From Candidatus Krumholzibacteriia bacterium (lineage in GTDB: Bacteria; Krumholzibacteriota; Krumholzibacteriia; JAJRXK01): a DNA stretch of 64,000 nt. Under the pieces are notes generated by a model. It was not told the origin of the DNA. It saw nothing but the letters and a program-made list of their open reading frames with translations, and searched no databases. Below, in pieces: positions 60,512 through 64,000 of this stretch. Positions within the stretch are counted from its first letter, which is position 1. Each line of letters opens with the position of its first letter. The translations under genes were made by a program, and so were the position numbers. Where the stretch lies: the NCBI GenBank assembly GCA_041484665.1, contig JBGPIA010000006.1, forward strand, positions 1-64,000. The letters run 5' to 3'.

Positions 60512-62917
60512 CTACAGGGCGTTTCCTTCGAACCGGAATCTCCGCAGCGCCAGGCTGTTGGTCAGCACCGAGACGCTGCTCATGGCCATGGCTGCCGCTG
60601 CGATCATCGGGTTGAGCTGCAAGCCCAGCACTGGATACAGCACACCCGCCGCAATGGGGATTCCCAGCACGTTGTAGCAGAACGCCCAGAAGAGATTCTG
60701 GCGGATGGTGGCCAGCGTGCGGCGACTGAGTTGGATCGCCGTCGCCACGCTGCGCAGGTCGCCACGGATCAGCGTGATGTCACTGGCCTCGATGGCCACG
60801 TCGGTACCCGTGCCGAGGGCAATGCCAACATCGGCCGCGGCGAGCGCCGGCGCGTCGTTGATGCCGTCGCCCACCATTGCCACCTTGCGCCCCGACTGCT
60901 GCAGCTCGCGCACGCGCGCCGCCTTCTGCTCGGGGAGCACCTCGGCCAGCACGTCGCCCCCCGCGATGCCGACCTGGCGTGCGATGGCCTCGGCGGTGCG
61001 GCGGTTGTCGCCCGTGATCATCATCACGCGCAAGCCCAGCTCCTTCAGCGCCGCGACCGCCTCGCCCGCCCCCGTCCGGGGAACGTCCGCCACGGCGAGC
61101 GCTCCGGCCGGCGTACCATCCACGGCGACGAGCAACGTCGTCTTGCCCTCCACCGCCAGCCGCTCGGCCGCGCCGCGCGCGCGCTCCAGGGCGGCTCCGA
61201 CAGCGCCGTCCTCCTGCAGCAGCCTCAGGCTGCCGACGGCGATCCCCAGCGCTTCCGGCGGGTCAGCCCGTACGACTGCGCGCACCCCCTGCCCCGCCAC
61301 GGCCTCGAATCGCTCCGGCTCGCGCAGTGCGATGCCGCGCGCCCGCGCCGCGCGCACGAGCGCCTGGCCGACCGGGTGCTCGCTGGGGATCTCGGCACTG
61401 GCCGCCAGCCGCAGCACCTCCTCGGCGCCGCGGCCGTCGAGGGGAACGAGGTCGGTCAGCTCGGGCTTACCGACGGTGAGCGTGCCCGTCTTGTCCAGCA
61501 CGATCACGTCCAGGTCGCGGATGCGCTCGAGGCTCTCGCCGCCGCGGATCAGGATCCCGTGCTCCGCGCCTACGCCGGTGCCGACCATGATCGCGGCAGG
61601 CGTGGCCAGGCCCAGCGCGCACGGGCACGCAATGATCAGCACGCCCACCAGGCTCACCAGGGCGTGCGTGAGCCGCGGTTGGGGCCCTACCAGCATCCAC
61701 ACGGCGAACGTCACCAGCGCGATGACGAGCACCGTGGGCACGAACACCGCGGCAATCCGGTCGGCCAGCCGCTGAACCGGCGCTTTGCTTCCTTGCGCCT
61801 CCTGCACCAGGCGCACGATCTGGGCGAGCGTGGTCTGCGCCCCGACCCGCGTGGCGCGCACCTTCAGCCAGCCTGACGCGTTGAGCGTGGCGCCGAACAC
61901 GCGGTCGCCCTGCGCCTTTTCCACTGGGACGCTCTCGCCGCTGAGCATCGACTCGTCCACGGCGCTCTGCCCGTCCTCCACCACGCCGTCGGTTGGGATC
62001 TGCTCGCCGGGGCGCACGACGAGCAGGTCGCCAACGGCCACCCGCTCGACTTGGATCTCCGTCTCTTGTCCGTCGCGCAGGACCCGGGCGATCTTGGGGC
62101 GCAGTCCCATGAGCTTGCGAATGGCCTCGCCGGTGCGCCCGCGCGCGCGGGCCTCGAGCATCCGGCCGAACAGGATCAGCGTGATGATCACTGCGGCGGT
62201 GTCGTAGTAGGGGTGCGCGTGGCGTTGGCGGTCCGCGTGGCTGCTCGCGGCCTGGCCGGGATCCAGCTGGCCGGTGGTCACCCGGCCTGCGCCCTGCGCA
62301 CCCGTTCCTGCGTCGGACCGCAGCCAAGTGGGCGCGGCTGTCACTACCAGGCTGTACACGAATGCCGCGCCCGTGCCCAGCGCGATGAGCGTGTTCATGT
62401 CGGCGGTGCGCCGGCGCAGAGCCACCCACGCGCCGGTGAAGAAGCCGCGCCCGGCCCAGAACATCACCGGAAGGGTGAGCGCGAGGAGGATCCAGGAGCG
62501 CGTGGAAGCGGGGAGCGCGGCGCGATTCGCCAGGCGCAGGCCGACCATGTCAGGGAGCGACAGCAGCAGGATCACCGCGCTGAGCGTGGCGCTCACGATC
62601 AGGCGCCGGCGCAGTTGTGCGATCTCACGCTCGCGCCCCGCGCCCGGCGGCGGCGGTCCTGCGTGCACGGCCGCGTCTGCCGGCGCCTTGTACCCGGCCT
62701 TCTCCACGGCGCCACGCAGCGCGTCAACGCTTGCTCGCTCCGGCAGGTAGTCCACGGTCGCCTGCTCGGCAGCGAGGTTCACCGACGCGGCGAGGACCCC
62801 CGGCACCGCGGAGAGCGCCTTCTCCACGGTGCTCACGCACGAGGCGCAGTGCATGCCATCGATGGGGAGGATGATCCGGGTCGGATCGCTGGTCTGGCTC
62901 GAAGCGGCCGGTGCCAT
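60512..62917 (-). CDS. copA: Cu(I)-translocating P1B-type ATPase
   Basis: GMHCASC HMA domain, [31 protein letters not shown] and MAMSS motifs. Confidence 0.95.
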   Translation of the reverse strand: MAPAASSQTSDPTRIILPIDGMHCASCVSTVEKALSAVPGVLAASVNLAAEQATVDYLPERASVDALRGAVEKAGYKAPADAAVHAGPPPPGAGREREIAQLRRRLIVSATLSAVILLLSLPDMVGLRLANRAALPASTRSWILLALTLPVMFWAGRGFFTGAWVALRRRTADMNTLIALGTGAAFVYSLVVTAAPTWLRSDAGTGAQGAGRVTTGQLDPGQAASSHADRQRHAHPYYDTAAVIITLILFGRMLEARARGRTGEAIRKLMGLRPKIARVLRDGQETEIQVERVAVGDLLVVRPGEQIPTDGVVEDGQSAVDESMLSGESVPVEKAQGDRVFGATLNASGWLKVRATRVGAQTTLAQIVRLVQEAQGSKAPVQRLADRIAAVFVPTVLVIALVTFAVWMLVGPQPRLTHALVSLVGVLIIACPCALGLATPAAIMVGTGVGAEHGILIRGGESLERIRDLDVIVLDKTGTLTVGKPELTDLVPLDGRGAEEVLRLAASAEIPSEHPVGQALVRAARARGIALREPERFEAVAGQGVRAVVRADPPEALGIAVGSLRLLQEDGAVGAALERARGAAERLAVEGKTTLLVAVDGTPAGALAVADVPRTGAGEAVAALKELGLRVMMITGDNRRTAEAIARQVGIAGGDVLAEVLPEQKAARVRELQQSGRKVAMVGDGINDAPALAAADVGIALGTGTDVAIEASDITLIRGDLRSVATAIQLSRRTLATIRQNLFWAFCYNVLGIPIAAGVLYPVLGLQLNPMIAAAAMAMSSVSVLTNSLALRRFRFEGNAL

Positions 62918-63183
62918 GGCGCGTCCTGTGGTGCGTAGGCCGACCCTACGGGGAAGCTGCAGTCGACGCTGTTTGCCGTCACGCTAGTGCGGGGGCGCGC
63001 CGGAGGCAAACCGGGCGCGAGCCGGAGGCAAATCCGGCGCGCGCGCGCTCGCAAGGGCAGCGCCGCGAGCCTGCCGTGCGGCAGGCCGACAGGCCGGCAG
63101 GCCGGCCGGGGCCCGCCGATGCGTGCAACCGGAAGCCGGTGGCCCACGTCGAACTGGTAACCCAGGAGAAGAAAGGTGTACCC

Positions 63184-63729
63184 ATGAGCACGAGGATCCC
63201 ACGACCACTGACCTTCGCCGCCAGCGCGGCAGCGGTGCTGCTGGTGACCCCGGGGGGGCTGCGGGCCCAAGACGACCCCAACCGCAGCATCCTCGACCAG
63301 GTCCGCAGGGCCGACTCCGCCATGGCGCAGGCGGTGGCCGAGCGCGACGTGGAGCGATTCGCCCGCTTCATCGACGACGACGCGACCTTTTTCGGCCGCC
63401 GCGTCAGCCGCGGGCGCGACGAGGTCGTCAAGGCTTGGGAGCCGCTCTTCACCGATCCGAACGTGTCGCTGAACTGGTGGCCCGAGCGGGTCGAAGCCTG
63501 CTCCGCCGGGGACATGGCCTTCACCATCGGCCACTACGAGCGCAAGGTCGTCAACGAGAAGGGCGAGGCAGAGATCGGCCAGGGCACCTACGTCACCATC
63601 TGGCACCAGCGCGCCGGCGGAGTCTGGCAGGCAATGGTGGACATCGGGACACCGCCCAGCCCTCCGCCCTTGCCCACACCGGGGCCCGCGCCCGGGTCCG
63701 TGCAGGAGCCCAAGCCTGCCCAGCACTGA
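63184..63729 (+). CDS. Secreted NTF2/SnoaL-like (DUF4440) protein
   Basis: Signal peptide; GRDEV..W, GDMAFTIGHY, GTYVTIW..G.W...DIG. Confidence 0.85.
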   Translation: MSTRIPRPLTFAASAAAVLLVTPGGLRAQDDPNRSILDQVRRADSAMAQAVAERDVERFARFIDDDATFFGRRVSRGRDEVVKAWEPLFTDPNVSLNWWPERVEACSAGDMAFTIGHYERKVVNEKGEAEIGQGTYVTIWHQRAGGVWQAMVDIGTPPSPPPLPTPGPAPGSVQEPKPAQH

Positions 63730-63763
63730 TCGCACGCATCCCTGCCAGTTGCTGCGAAGCGAG

Positions 63764-63844
63764 CGCCGCCACGATCGGCGGACGCTGCAACGATCGAGGG
63801 GCGCTGCCGCGATCGACGGTCGCTGCAACGATCGGCGGGCGCTG
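63764..63844. repeat. 19-bp tandem repeat x4 (cgctgcaacgatcgrcggg-like)
   Basis: cgccgccacgatcggcgga cgctgcaacgatcgagggg cgctgccgcgatcgacggt cgctgcaacgatcggcggg. Confidence 0.8.
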
Positions 63845-64000
63845 GGCGTCCAAGACCAGCGAGCCCTCCAGTGGGGAGGGCCCGAGCCCGGCAACCCGCG
63901 CGCCGCCTGTAGCGTAGACTGCGGCGGCCCACCACGCCCCGCACGTCCCCTGGCGCGGGCGCGGGAAAAGGAGAGCCCGCATGGGCACCAGGCGCCCGAC

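Noticed and set aside
62930..62955. CsoR/CueR copper operator upstream of copA
   Set aside because: Only a short cgtagg/cctacg inverted repeat; does not clearly match the operator consensus I know
63764..63844. CRISPR array
   Set aside because: Head-to-tail 19-bp units without unique spacers; a minisatellite

Overview
GC-rich bacterial window. The secreted proteins carry FlgD/T9SS-like C-termini and one has a 'TWGxIK' tail, which suggests an FCB-group candidate phylum such as Eisenbacteria, Krumholzibacteria or Latescibacteria (inference). The first ~29 kb is a mosaic built around four broken copies of one IS91/ISCR-type rolling-circle transposase. Copy 1 is interrupted by two large serine recombinase elements. 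The copies bracket a Ser/Thr kinase-TPR gene, clipped gene fragments (cstA, two secreted beta-propeller genes, an rve-type transposase), a DUF4238 gene, an OPT transporter, and a complete sigma54/two-component-associated hdrCBA-mvhDGA-maturation protease operon. The HdrA in that operon carries an inserted GltD-like NAD(P)H-binding module, and a decayed citrate synthase gene follows it. The remaining ~35 kb looks like core genome: two secreted cysteine-peptidase-like proteins, a second OPT, an FG-GAP lipoprotein, an F420/NADP oxidoreductase-family gene, a B12 radical SAM gene, a TetR-TolC-MFP-RND operon, TPP riboswitch-thiC, a sigma54-driven minor pilin/PilY1 cluster, a ~270-bp intergenic palindrome, an OmpA-like barrel, adenosine deaminase, CopA and an NTF2-like protein. 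I saw no rRNA, tRNA or CRISPR array. All family calls come from motif recognition by eye, not database searches.
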